Source of the DNA: a bacterium
GTDB taxonomy: Bacteria > Patescibacteriota > Minisyncoccia > Phycocordibacterales > JBBTRF01
Length of the DNA stretch: 64,000 nt
Assembly (NCBI GenBank): GCA_037130265.1
Contig: JBAXTI010000001.1
Coordinates: 32,418 to 96,417, forward strand
Direction: 5' to 3'
The notes beneath the pieces were generated by a model. That model searched no databases, was not told the origin of the DNA, and saw only the letters and a program-made list of their open reading frames with translations. Positions 55,087 to 64,000 of this stretch are shown here, in pieces (position 1 is the first letter of the stretch; every line of letters starts with the position of its first letter). The translations under genes were made by a program, and so were the position numbers.

Positions 55087-55698
55087 ATGCTAAACCTCTT
55101 TTCTTTAGCCGTTCTTATCCTGTCTGTCGTGATCCATGAGGTGTCTCATGGCTATATGGCGTTGCGCCTGGGTGATCCGACTGCTAAATACGCCGGCCGC
55201 CTCACACTCAACCCGTTGAAACATCTCGACCCGATCGGTTCCGTGATCGTGCCGATTATCACGACCTTCTTGGGGGTGTCTTTTGGTTGGGCTAAACCAG
55301 TGCCATTTAACCCTGATAATTTCCGCAAAAGCACCCTCAATCTCCGTTGGGGAGAAGCGCTCGTTGCGGCGGCCGGTCCAGCCTCCAACTTCATCGTTGC
55401 CATCGTTTTTGGCACCGCAGCGCATTTTGTGACCAATGAGACAGTGTTCTCCCTCTTCGGGCTTATCGTATTGGTGAATATTACTCTCGCTATTTTCAAC
55501 CTCGCCCCGATTCCGCCGATGGATGGTTCAAAGATCTTGTTTGCCTGTATCCCGGCTCGGTACAGCCATATTCGAGCACAATTGGAGCGCAATCAGCTCA
55601 TTTTGGCGATCATTTTCATCTTCTTCCTGTGGCAATTCTTTGAGCCAATCATTTTCAAGTTGTTTGCCTTGCTGATGGGGGTGCCGTTGGGGATGTAG
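55087..55698 (+). CDS. site-2 protease family (M50) membrane metalloprotease
   Basis: HEVSHGY (HExxH) in a TM helix and a downstream LDG motif. Start at ATG 55087. The track start 55033 leaves only 33 bp to the divergent rpmB. Confidence 0.7.
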   Translation: MLNLFSLAVLILSVVIHEVSHGYMALRLGDPTAKYAGRLTLNPLKHLDPIGSVIVPIITTFLGVSFGWAKPVPFNPDNFRKSTLNLRWGEALVAAAGPASNFIVAIVFGTAAHFVTNETVFSLFGLIVLVNITLAIFNLAPIPPMDGSKILFACIPARYSHIRAQLERNQLILAIIFIFFLWQFFEPIIFKLFALLMGVPLGM

Positions 55699-55923
55699 AG
55701 GCATTCTTGCGCAAAACGATTCTCTATAGTAGAGTACGGGAACGCTTTTTCTCGAGGTGGGGCGCGGTCAAAAGCCTGCTCGACCTCAAAAAGCTTCATA
55801 ATTCAGCCACAACCATCAGGAATCTGTGAGTAATCCTCGGAAGCAAAGGGTGAAGCAACACAGACCTCCGCGCGGCCAAGCAGAATTTTATTATTCAATC
55901 GGTTTATTTATTTGCATTTCACT

Positions 55924-56340
55924 ATGCCAACCATCAATCAATTGGTGCGCCGCAAGCGAGTCAAGCTCTACCGAAAGTCAAAGGCGATTGCCTTGACCAA
56001 GAGCTTCAACACACTCAAGAACAAGCCTCGATTCTTCTACTCGCCATTTAAACGAGGAGTATGCGTTAAGGTTACGACCAAGACTCCAAAGAAGCCAAAC
56101 TCAGCAATCCGAAAGATTGCCCGAGTGCGACTTACCAACGGAATGGAAGTTACCGCATACATCCCAGGTATTGGTCACAATCTCCAGGAGCACTCAGTGG
56201 TGCTTCTCCGAGGCGGACGAGTAAAGGATGTCGGTCTCCGATACACTATCGTGCGAGGCGTGCTCGACTCAGGTGGTGTAGAAACACGACGAAAGGGTCG
56301 AAGCCAATACGGTATGAAGAAGCCAAAAGCAGCTAAATAA
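55924..56340 (+). CDS. rpsL: 30S ribosomal protein S12
   Basis: [12 protein letters not shown]...[58 protein letters not shown]. Confidence 0.9.
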   Translation: MPTINQLVRRKRVKLYRKSKAIALTKSFNTLKNKPRFFYSPFKRGVCVKVTTKTPKKPNSAIRKIARVRLTNGMEVTAYIPGIGHNLQEHSVVLLRGGRVKDVGLRYTIVRGVLDSGGVETRRKGRSQYGMKKPKAAK

Positions 56341-56351
56341 TCCATACTCCA

Positions 56352-56822
56352 ATGAGACGAAAAGCAAAAAATCGTAATATCGTATCTCCAGACAGCGTGT
56401 ACAGCTCCCAGAAAGTAGGGAAGCTTATCAACTATTGTATGGAGCGAGGCAAGAAGAACGCCGCTCGAAAGATTGTGTACGGAGCATTCGACACTATCAA
56501 GGAGACTGCCAAGATAGAAAATCCTTTGGAGTACTTTGAGAACGCTCTCAAGAACACCGCCCCTATGGTGGAGGTGAAGTCTCGACGAGTGGGAGGTGCC
56601 AACTATCAGGTGCCAATCGAAGTCCGACCAGATCGACGACAGGCACTTTCTATCAAATGGATTGTTGATGCTGCTCGAGCAAAGAAGGGCAAGCCAATGC
56701 ATTTGAAGCTCGCAGAAGAGATCATGCTCGCTGTGAAGAACGAAGGTGAGGCCGTAAAGAAGCGTGAGAACACTCACAAGATGGCAGAGGCAAACAAGGC
56801 GTTTGCACACTTTGCTTGGTAA
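56352..56822 (+). CDS. rpsG: 30S ribosomal protein S7
   Basis: uS7 motifs. Confidence 0.9.
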   Translation: MRRKAKNRNIVSPDSVYSSQKVGKLINYCMERGKKNAARKIVYGAFDTIKETAKIENPLEYFENALKNTAPMVEVKSRRVGGANYQVPIEVRPDRRQALSIKWIVDAARAKKGKPMHLKLAEEIMLAVKNEGEAVKKRENTHKMAEANKAFAHFAW

Positions 56823-56829
56823 AGCGCTC

Positions 56830-56923
56830 AGAGAATTTTTTGGAAGGATACGCGTAAAAGTCTGGCGACTTTTCGCTCCGGCTCGGCCCGTCGGCCTGCG
56901 CAGTTCCTTCCAAAAAATTCTCT
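56830..56923. repeat. structured intergenic element, copy B: 19 nt perfect inverted-repeat arms around a 56 nt core homologous (inverted) to copy A
   Basis: Arms AGAGAATTTTTTGGAAGGA (56830-56848) and TCCTTCCAAAAAATTCTCT (56905-56923). The reverse complement of the core aligns with 45760-45815, with compensatory stem changes. Confidence 0.5.
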
Positions 56924-56933
56924 TCGCTTAGTG

Positions 56934-56960
56934 AAAAAACCGCTCAGGGAGCGGTTTTTT
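56934..56960 (+). terminator. rho-independent terminator after rpsG
   Basis: AAAAAACCGCTCAGGGAGCGGTTTTTTCTTG. Confidence 0.65.
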
Positions 56961-56999
56961 CTTGTTAAAACTAAATTTACCACGTACAATGTTCCTATC

Positions 57000-57521
57000 A
57001 TGAAAACAATTCAAAATGTTGCCTCAGGGATTTTTATCGGCGCGGTGAGTATCCTCTCTCTTATTTCGATTCTCGGGGTCTGGGACATTTTCAACAAAGA
57101 CGTTATCTCGAAGTCATTTGCAACACTTGGAATTTTGGCTGCGGTAGCCGTGGTGGTGATGGTCGCGGGAAAATTTGTTGGTGGCGGCGAAGCTGTTGAT
57201 CCAAGCGTGCCAAACGTTCCTGCTCTACCAAATCCAGCCTTCAGAATTATCCGCATTGCCACCCTCGGAGCACTTATTGTGTCGGCGGTCCTCCTCGCTT
57301 TTCTCGGGGTGTGTAGTATTTGGGAGATTATTACCGATAAGGCGATTCTCTATAAGTCACTCAGCTCCCTTGCAATCATTGCATTTTCTTCGTTCGTCAT
57401 TGTTCTCAGTTGTTTGGAGCGCGAAGACAGTCCTCTTTTGAAGCGCGGTGGCCGACTTTCTCCGGGTCTTATCCTCGTTCTCATCATTATCTTTGTCTGG
57501 ATGTTGGCTGCTCTTCTCTAA
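57000..57521 (+). CDS. hypothetical polytopic membrane protein
   Basis: About 6 TM helices. Start at ATG 57000, because the track start would read through the rpsG terminator. Confidence 0.5.
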   Translation: MKTIQNVASGIFIGAVSILSLISILGVWDIFNKDVISKSFATLGILAAVAVVVMVAGKFVGGGEAVDPSVPNVPALPNPAFRIIRIATLGALIVSAVLLAFLGVCSIWEIITDKAILYKSLSSLAIIAFSSFVIVLSCLEREDSPLLKRGGRLSPGLILVLIIIFVWMLAALL

Positions 57522-57597
57522 TCGCACCGTCTTCTCGTCTGGTGATGTCGTAGATGTCCGTTCCGCATTTTGCTGTGGCGCGGTAGAATAGGGAAGT

Positions 57598-59454
57598 ATG
57601 TGGAAGGCATTTCTTTTTGTCGCACTCGTTGCTTTTTCTGTGCTCACTCCGCACTCTCTTTTGGCTTCGGCAACTGACGGTACGATTGATGGAACAAATA
57701 AGTATGCTAAGGCTGTCGATGCCAATTTTGGTACGTTTAATTTCGGCACAACCCAAGGTGCGGTGCATGTTACGGACACCCAGCTTTCTGGCTATGCATG
57801 GAGCGACTACTACGGTTGGGTAAACTTGCGCCCGACCGGCTACGGGGTGATAAACGATGGTTCCGGTAATCTATCTGGCTACGCTTGGGGTCAAAACACT
57901 GGCTGGATCAATTTTCATCCAAGCTCGAGTAGTGTGCGCGTAGTGATCGACTCATCTGGGGATTTTTCTGGCTATGCTTGGGGGCAGAATATTGGTTGGA
58001 TCGTCTTCAATTGCACTACCAATAGTTCGTGCGGCGGTGGGTCATTCAAAGTGTCCACCGATTGGCGCCCAGCCAGCGTACGTAACGTATCTTCCGGCGG
58101 CGGTGGGGGAGGTGGTAGTGGCAGCGGCGCGCCTTCTGGGGGGACTCCACCAAGTACGCCGGCACCGACCCCTGCACCAACCCCTACGCCGACAGAGCCA
58201 CCAGCTCCGCCGCCAGAGTCTGTGCCTGAACCAACGCCTCCTCCCCCAGTCACTCCACCAGAAGTAACCCCTCCGGCACCACCGGTACAGACGCCTCAGA
58301 CAGCGCCGCCGACGCCGAGTGTTCTTAATTCAATTGCTAATTTCTTCTCTGGCTCCGGTTCTACTGGCGGAGGTTCGTCTGCAGTTGTTGATGTGGTGAG
58401 CGGTGCGGTTCAGCAGGTGAAGCAAAGTTACGAATTTGCTCAAGAGATTGCGAAAGTGGCTGCCAAAGAGACCAAGGCAGCCGTCCAAAGTCCTACTGGT
58501 TCCGTAATTACTAAAACAGTTTCAACTGTAGGTGTCATCGGTGGAGGCATTGCCTCGGCTTCTTCGCTGTTTCTTAATCCACTTTCGTTTTCAGAACTCT
58601 TTCTCATCCCGTTTCGATTGTGGGGCTTGCTCCTTGCAGCTTTCGGCTTGAAGAAGCGCTCGCGACCGTGGGGAACGGTGTATGATAGCGTCACTAAACA
58701 GCCACTCGACCCTGCCTATGTCGTGCTTCAGAATGAGAAAGGGGAGGAGGTAAACACTTCGATTACTGACCTTGATGGTCGTTATGGCTTCTTGTTGGCG
58801 CCAGGCACCTATACGATGGTGGCGAATAAGACCAACTACACCTTCCCGTCGAAGAAGCTCGCCGGACAGACTTCCGACGTCCTTTATTCTGATTTGTATT
58901 TTGGCGAGCCGATCGCAGCTTTGGAGGCCGGTGTTGTGCTCACGAAGAATATTCCGCTTGATCCGGTGAATTTCGACTGGAATGAATTCGCAAAATCGCA
59001 GCAGCAGATCTCGCGTTTCTACTCGAAACGTGATTTGATCAAGAAGCGAATTACTGACGGTGCTTTCTCAGCTGGTTTCGTGGTGGCAATCATCGCTTTC
59101 TGGGCTGCGCCGGCGCCGTACAACATTGCGATCTTCGCTTTGTATATTGCAATGCTCCTTTTGCGCATTTTTGGGGCCAAAAAGAAGGCTTTTTCAAGTA
59201 TTGTTGATGGAACAACACAGATGCCGCTCGCTTTCGCGATTGTCCGTGTCTACCTCGCTGGATTGGCTGGAGAACCACAGGAGTTGTTGCATAAGGTGAC
59301 GGATCATTTGGGTCGATTCTATGCCTTGGTGCCACCTGGCGACTACTACCTCACTGTTGAAAAGAAGAATCCTGATGAAACGTACACTTTAGTCCATAAA
59401 TCGGAGGTGTTTTCAGCGAAAAATGGAGTCATCGAAAATCATATCGTTTTGTAG
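57598..59454 (+). CDS. membrane protein with triplicated SGYAWGxNxGWIxF extracellular repeats, Pro-rich linker, TM region and two CarboxypepD_reg-like beta-sandwich modules
   Basis: Signal peptide. Repeats LSGYAWSDYYGWVNL, LSGYAWGQNTGWINF and FSGYAWGQNIGWIVF. PT-rich linker. TM helices. TDLDGRYGFLLAPGTYTM and TDHLGRFYALVPPGDYYL motifs. Confidence 0.55.
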   Translation: MWKAFLFVALVAFSVLTPHSLLASATDGTIDGTNKYAKAVDANFGTFNFGTTQGAVHVTDTQLSGYAWSDYYGWVNLRPTGYGVINDGSGNLSGYAWGQNTGWINFHPSSSSVRVVIDSSGDFSGYAWGQNIGWIVFNCTTNSSCGGGSFKVSTDWRPASVRNVSSGGGGGGGSGSGAPSGGTPPSTPAPTPAPTPTPTEPPAPPPESVPEPTPPPPVTPPEVTPPAPPVQTPQTAPPTPSVLNSIANFFSGSGSTGGGSSAVVDVVSGAVQQVKQSYEFAQEIAKVAAKETKAAVQSPTGSVITKTVSTVGVIGGGIASASSLFLNPLSFSELFLIPFRLWGLLLAAFGLKKRSRPWGTVYDSVTKQPLDPAYVVLQNEKGEEVNTSITDLDGRYGFLLAPGTYTMVANKTNYTFPSKKLAGQTSDVLYSDLYFGEPIAALEAGVVLTKNIPLDPVNFDWNEFAKSQQQISRFYSKRDLIKKRITDGAFSAGFVVAIIAFWAAPAPYNIAIFALYIAMLLLRIFGAKKKAFSSIVDGTTQMPLAFAIVRVYLAGLAGEPQELLHKVTDHLGRFYALVPPGDYYLTVEKKNPDETYTLVHKSEVFSAKNGVIENHIVL

Positions 59455-59507
59455 GTTGGAAAGGGAAAAGTTATGCACATTTTAAGCCACATTTTGGCTA
59501 TTTGACA

Positions 59508-59527
59508 TGATATAATTACTCTCGTTC
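59508..59527 (+). promoter_or_regulatory. extended -10 promoter (TGATATAAT, with TTGACA 3 nt upstream) 11 nt before the ATG of the giant ORF
   Basis: TTGACA 59502-59507. TGATATAAT 59508-59516. ATG 59528. Confidence 0.35.
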
Positions 59528-62500
59528 ATGAGCCGCTTTCTTTTTACAAGCGTTTATAGTCTTTTGGCGCAGAGAAAATACATCTTTTCCGCCTTTTTTC
59601 TTCTCTCCTTTGCGTTGTTTTTTGTCTCTCCAAACACTGTATCCGCAACTTTCGCGCCGGGCGAGACGCTTGATCCAGGCTGCTCGCCGACGGATTCGAA
59701 TTGCACTGTTTTGCAAGTTACGGCTTCGCCTGCGACAGGTAATTTTGGCATCTCGACCACCACGCCTGGTACTATTTTTTCAATAGGCAATATTGCGAAC
59801 TTTGCTGTTTCTACCACGAGTATCTATTCCACCGGCGGGTTGGATATTATCGGTTCGGGTTGTTACGCGATCAACGGTTCCTGTGTACTCGGTGGACCGG
59901 GGTCATCTCAGTGGACTACTTCCGGTTCAAAAATCTACTACAACATTGGCAATGTCGGTATCGGCACCACCACTCCAGGTCAGAAGCTGAGCGTGGCAGG
60001 AGATATCTTGGGTAACAACATCATCGGCTCATATTTCACTGGTACTACTACAGCCACTTCCACTCTCGTCGGTGGATTGGCGACCAATCTTCTCAATGTC
60101 ACTTCGACAACAGCTTCTTCTACTTTCGCTAATGGCATCAATATCACCGCTGGTTGTTTCTCTGTAAACGGTAGCTGTCTCTCTAGTGGCGGCTCCGGCA
60201 CCGTCACCTCCGTCGCTCTCTCGGGCGGCACAACTGGCCTCACTACTAGTGGGGGACCGATCACTGGTTCAGGCACCATCACGCTTTCTGGAACTCTCGC
60301 CCTCGCGAACGGCGGTACGAACGCAACCTCCTTCACCACCTCCGGAAATGCCGTCTACTACAACGGCACATCGCTTGTGACTGCGCCGACCAATAGTGCG
60401 GTCACCACGCCGTACGCTTCGTCGACCGCAATCACTTCTAGTGGGTCAGCGTATTTCGCCGGCAGCACTGGTGGCGTGGGTATCGGCACAACGGCAATCG
60501 ACACCGACACCATCCTTTCACTCAACAGGACAAGCGGCACCGCAGGTATTTCATTCATGAATAACGGCTCAACAAAGAGCTATATCGGTACAGATATCAC
60601 TGCTGGAAATCTCATCACCGGCGATTCTGCCAACGATATGGTGCTTCGAACTGCTGCTTCAACAAACATGCTCTTCGGCATCGCTTCTGTTGAAAAGTTC
60701 CGTATCAACAGCACTGGCAAGGTAGGTGTTTCCTCGAGCACCCCTTGGGGTCTCTTCTCAGTGAATCCGGACTCGCTCGGCAATGGAGTGCCTGAATTTG
60801 TCGTCGGCTCATCGACAGCTACTCATCTCGTGGTGACTGGTGGCGGCAATGTCGGCCTCGGCACCGCTAGCCCAAGCTCGATGCTTACTCTCAATCCAAA
60901 CAGCAATAGTGCAAACGGCATCCTTATCAAGCAGCTTTCAAACACTGGCTCTGCACAATCCGTCGTCCGCATTCAGAATAGCGATGCTTCAGTAGACGCC
61001 TCACTCACAGCGACCGCAGCTAGCTTCACTCCAGTGGGGATCATTGCGGCAAGCTCATTCAGCTTCACTGGCACGGCGCCGGGTGGTTTAAATATTATCA
61101 ATGAGTCGGCGGCAAATGTGACGATCTCCGCCGGCGGCACAGCAGCTTCCAATGTTGTTGCTACCTTCAAGAATGGTGGCAACGTCGGTATCGGCACCAC
61201 CACTCCAGGTCAGAAGCTGAGTGTTGCAGGGGATATTCTTGGTAACAACCATATCGGTTCGTACTTTACCGGAACTACCACAGCCACTTCCACTCTCGTC
61301 GGCGGACTGTCGGCAAACATCCTCTATGTCAGTTCGACCACTGCTTCTTCTACCTTCGCCAATGGAATCAATCTCACCGCAGGTTGCTTCTCGGTGAATG
61401 GTTCGTGTATTTCATCTAGCGGTTCTGGTACAGTCACCTCTGTCGCTCTCTCTGGTGGCACCACTGGTCTCACTACGAGCGGCGGTCCTATTACGAGCTC
61501 GGGTACACTTACGCTCGCCGGCACGCTCGCCCTCGCGAACGGTGGTACCAATGCGACTTCTTTCACCACGTCAGGCAACTCCGTGTATTACAACGGTACG
61601 GCCCTGGTGACGGCGCCAGCTTCGACGGCAGTGGTCACTCCATATGCTTCGAGTACGGTAATGAGTGCTTCGGCTTCTGCTTACTTTGCAACAGCGAGTG
61701 GTAGTGTTGGTATCGGTACCACTACACCACAGTGGTTGCTCAACTTGCAGTCCTCAACCGCTTCGCAGCTCGCGCTTTCGGCTGGAGCAGGTGTTGCACA
61801 GTGGGCATTTAGAAACGCCGGTGGCAACCTCTACTTCTCGACCACCACTACAGCTGGCACTGCCACCACTTCGACCGCAGCTTTCTCAATTTCTGGTTCT
61901 GGTTTCGGCACCACAACACTCCGCGGTTTGACTATTAGTGGCCAGGCAACTTCGACTTCGAATGTTGGCTTCAACCTCACTGCCGGCTGCTTTGCGGTGA
62001 ACGGCACCTGTGTTGGCGGTAGTGGCGGTTCGTCTCAGTGGACGACTTCCGGCTCAAATATTTACTACACCACCGGCAAGGTCGGCATTGGTACTACTTC
62101 ACCATATGCAGCACTCTCTGTACTTGGAGAGGGTGTATTCACCAATCTTTCAGCAACCTCTACCACCGCCACTTCGACCTTCGCGGGTGGATTGAATGTT
62201 GGATCAGGTGCGCTCACGTATGACTTTTCGAGCGGTGTGACCTCAATCTCAAATCTTGAGCTCGGTGCCATGTCCTTCGATACCAACGCCGGAGCAGTTT
62301 CTTGGGCCGACATGCCAGTCACTTCAGCCGCTTCTGCAGGTACTGTTCAGAGCTACGGCGCTGCTCTCGATGGCAACGAGCTTCTCACCGTGTACGGCGA
62401 GTCTGACGGTGCTGGTGGTGTGCAGAACACCGCAGTCGGTATCGCTACGACCACTCCTGGTAGTCTCTTTGCGATCGGCGGAGTTGCCAACTTCACTACG

Positions 62501-64000
62501 GGCACTACCACTTTCTCAAGCACCGGCGGCCTCGAACTCACTGGCGGTTGCTTCTCTATAAATGGCACCTGTGTTGGCGGCGGCGGGGGAGGTGGCGGGA
62601 TTTCAGCGATCGGTGACCCGGTCGGTAGTGGCACTGCCGGCTCGGCCCTCTTTGTCGACGGCAGTGGTAATCTCGGTCAAGACAACGACAACTTCTATTG
62701 GGATGCTACAAATCATCGCCTTGGAATTGCGATGGGTCCTTCGCCAAGCCTGACACATTCATTGGAGGTCGGCGGTGATTACTACAGCTCAGCTGGCAAT
62801 ATTACGCTTTCTACAGGAACCGTTTCGGCTAGTGCCGGTACATTTACTGGGACTGTGGGCGCTGGCACCCTCACGGACAACACTCTCACAATTACTGGAG
62901 GCGCCATTACTGGGGCTAGTAGTATTACCTCAAGTACGTTTACCGACGGCAGTGCTTCGTGGGCTGGCGGGACATTGAGTGGACTCATGTCGATCAGTGG
63001 TACAACCCTCACAGATGGCTTCTTTTCGGTAAGTGGAGGTACGATTAGTGGGGCTACTTGGAATGGAAACGCTATTGCAAGTCAATACGGTGGAACGGGT
63101 GCGGACACGAGCGGCGCAAGCGGCATTGCGCACGTCTCGGCCGGCTCATGGTCTTTCGGTGCCGTTGATTTGAGCTCGAGTGATGTTACCGGTACATTAT
63201 CAGTGTCAAAAGGCGGTACAGGATTGACGACGTTTGGTGGCACTAACACTATTTTGTACACTTCATCGGCTGATTCTCTCTCTTATCTTGCCTCAGCCGC
63301 TGACAGTGTTTTGGTCACCGATGGTGCCGGGACGCCTTCCTTGTCGTCTACTCTTCCAAGCGCAGTACAGGGGAACATCACGGCGCTTGGGGCGGTTTCA
63401 ACTCTCACCTCACTCTCTGACGGTGTTGCGACGTGGAGTGGTTTCACGAACGCTCTCACCGGTTTTTCATCAGTCTCTGCTACAACGCTTACAGATGGTA
63501 CATTCTCCGTGTCTGGCGGTACGATAACTGGAGCGACCGGTATCACATCTAGCGGTACAATCACTTTCTCAGGCCTTGGGGGTGTTTCCGGCGGAGAGAC
63601 GGCTGTGTGTATTGCGGGAGGTGTATTGTATGACGGTGGCGGCACGGATTGTACGTCATCGTCTCGTCGTTTCAAGCACGACATCGAAAGCCTTACTGCC
63701 GCTGACGGTCTCGCTTTGGTAAAGGCGCTTCGCCCGGTAAGCTTCAAGTTCAATAATGACAATTCAGAGCACGTCGGCTTTATTGCTGAAGAAGTTTCAG
63801 AGCTTGAGCCACGTCTCACCGTATACGAACCAGCATCAACGACTCCTCATGGTGTTCGATATGCTGAAATGACCGCTGTTCTTGCCAAGGCGATTCAAGA
63901 GCAGCAGGTGCAGATCGACTCGTTGCAGGCTCGAGTGGGTTCTACTACCGACGCCGGGGTGGGTAGTGTAGCGAGCGTTATTTCGGCGCTGCAGTCCTTC
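59528..64000 (+). CDS. giant secreted tail-fiber-like repeat protein with C-terminal S74-type (intramolecular chaperone) domain; runs off the window end
   Basis: Manual translation from the ATG at 59528 has no stop through 63999 (>1490 aa). Signal peptide. Repeated W..SGS.IYY..G.VGIGTT.P...L.V.G modules. C-terminal SSRRFKHDIESL...LRPVSFKFNNDN...GFIAEEV...P motif as in Peptidase_S74 tail-fiber domains. Not in the ORF track because it has no stop within the window. Confidence 0.7.
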   Translation, partial: MSRFLFTSVYSLLAQRKYIFSAFFLLSFALFFVSPNTVSATFAPGETLDPGCSPTDSNCTVLQVTASPATGNFGISTTTPGTIFSIGNIANFAVSTTSIYSTGGLDIIGSGCYAINGSCVLGGPGSSQWTTSGSKIYYNIGNVGIGTTTPGQKLSVAGDILGNNIIGSYFTGTTTATSTLVGGLATNLLNVTSTTASSTFANGINITAGCFSVNGSCLSSGGSGTVTSVALSGGTTGLTTSGGPITGSGTITLSGTLALANGGTNATSFTTSGNAVYYNGTSLVTAPTNSAVTTPYASSTAITSSGSAYFAGSTGGVGIGTTAIDTDTILSLNRTSGTAGISFMNNGSTKSYIGTDITAGNLITGDSANDMVLRTAASTNMLFGIASVEKFRINSTGKVGVSSSTPWGLFSVNPDSLGNGVPEFVVGSSTATHLVVTGGGNVGLGTASPSSMLTLNPNSNSANGILIKQLSNTGSAQSVVRIQNSDASVDASLTATAASFTPVGIIAASSFSFTGTAPGGLNIINESAANVTISAGGTAASNVVATFKNGGNVGIGTTTPGQKLSVAGDILGNNHIGSYFTGTTTATSTLVGGLSANILYVSSTTASSTFANGINLTAGCFSVNGSCISSSGSGTVTSVALSGGTTGLTTSGGPITSSGTLTLAGTLALANGGTNATSFTTSGNSVYYNGTALVTAPASTAVVTPYASSTVMSASASAYFATASGSVGIGTTTPQWLLNLQSSTASQLALSAGAGVAQWAFRNAGGNLYFSTTTTAGTATTSTAAFSISGSGFGTTTLRGLTISGQATSTSNVGFNLTAGCFAVNGTCVGGSGGSSQWTTSGSNIYYTTGKVGIGTTSPYAALSVLGEGVFTNLSATSTTATSTFAGGLNVGSGALTYDFSSGVTSISNLELGAMSFDTNAGAVSWADMPVTSAASAGTVQSYGAALDGNELLTVYGESDGAGGVQNTAVGIATTTPGSLFAIGGVANFTTGTTTFSSTGGLELTGGCFSINGTCVGGGGGGGGISAIGDPVGSGTAGSALFVDGSGNLGQDNDNFYWDATNHRLGIAMGPSPSLTHSLEVGGDYYSSAGNITLSTGTVSASAGTFTGTVGAGTLTDNTLTITGGAITGASSITSSTFTDGSASWAGGTLSGLMSISGTTLTDGFFSVSGGTISGATWNGNAIASQYGGTGADTSGASGIAHVSAGSWSFGAVDLSSSDVTGTLSVSKGGTGLTTFGGTNTILYTSSADSLSYLASAADSVLVTDGAGTPSLSSTLPSAVQGNITALGAVSTLTSLSDGVATWSGFTNALTGFSSVSATTLTDGTFSVSGGTITGATGITSSGTITFSGLGGVSGGETAVCIAGGVLYDGGGTDCTSSSRRFKHDIESLTAADGLALVKALRPVSFKFNNDNSEHVGFIAEEVSELEPRLTVYEPASTTPHGVRYAEMTAVLAKAIQEQQVQIDSLQARVGSTTDAGVGSVASVISALQSF

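Noticed and set aside
59980-63819. Multiple 60-180 aa minus-strand and off-frame ORFs in the track (e.g. 59980..60339-, 61324..61578-, 62353..62634-, 63283..63819-)
   Set aside because: They lie antisense to or out of frame with one continuous 4.5 kb + strand ORF. Their translations are low-complexity P/V/A-rich mirrors of a G/T/S-rich gene.

Overview
This 64 kb window looks like a gene-dense stretch of a small-genome bacterium, probably Patescibacteria/CPR (Saccharibacteria-like); that affinity is inferred from gene content, not searched. The genetic code appears standard (TGA, TAA and TAG all act as stops). Extended -10 boxes sit directly upstream of several start codons. The PG-synthesis genes are Gram-positive-like: FemAB plus a membrane-anchored MurE.

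Most genes are housekeeping: rsmA, pcrA, pnp, rpsO, xerC, xth, cca, hup, rny, clpP, rsmE, tig, ppa, nusA, tpiA, pgk, recJ, rnhA, sod, rpmB, rpsL and rpsG.

Four accessory modules stand out:

1. A minus-strand T4SS-like operon (1-7286) that runs off the window's 5' edge. It contains a VirB4-like ATPase fragment, a PrgI-family protein, a large VirB6/TrbL-like polytopic membrane protein, several secreted hypotheticals and a peptidoglycan-binding protein. It appears co-transcribed with pcrA and rsmA.

2. A DNA-uptake/competence set. A large secreted protein is followed by pilB and pilC. comM sits elsewhere. comEC is split into two overlapping ORFs.

3. A tRNA island of four tRNAs (Arg-TCG, Gly-GCC, Pro-TGG, Gly-TCC) interleaved with small accessory genes: a YraN nuclease, an Fe-S-less MutY-like glycosylase, an RNHCP protein, an HtrA-like protease and an HTH protein.

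4. A 3' terminal module with a repeat-bearing membrane protein and a giant tail-fiber-like protein. The giant protein is longer than 1490 aa, has a C-terminal S74-type domain and runs off the window's 3' edge.

The most unusual non-coding signals are four:

- A two-copy family of ~100 nt intergenic elements at 45733-45842 and 56830-56923. They share a conserved 56 nt core and have covarying flanking stems.
- A ~700 bp ORF-free region at 24480-25185 with a recurring TAAAGGACA palindromic motif. The same motif recurs near 27204.
- A perfect 16 bp hairpin at 40395-40430.
- 14 nt GTTTCAC-type inverted repeats around and inside yraN.

No CRISPR array, rRNA or obvious prophage was seen. Coordinates of RNA and structural features may be off by ±1-2 nt.
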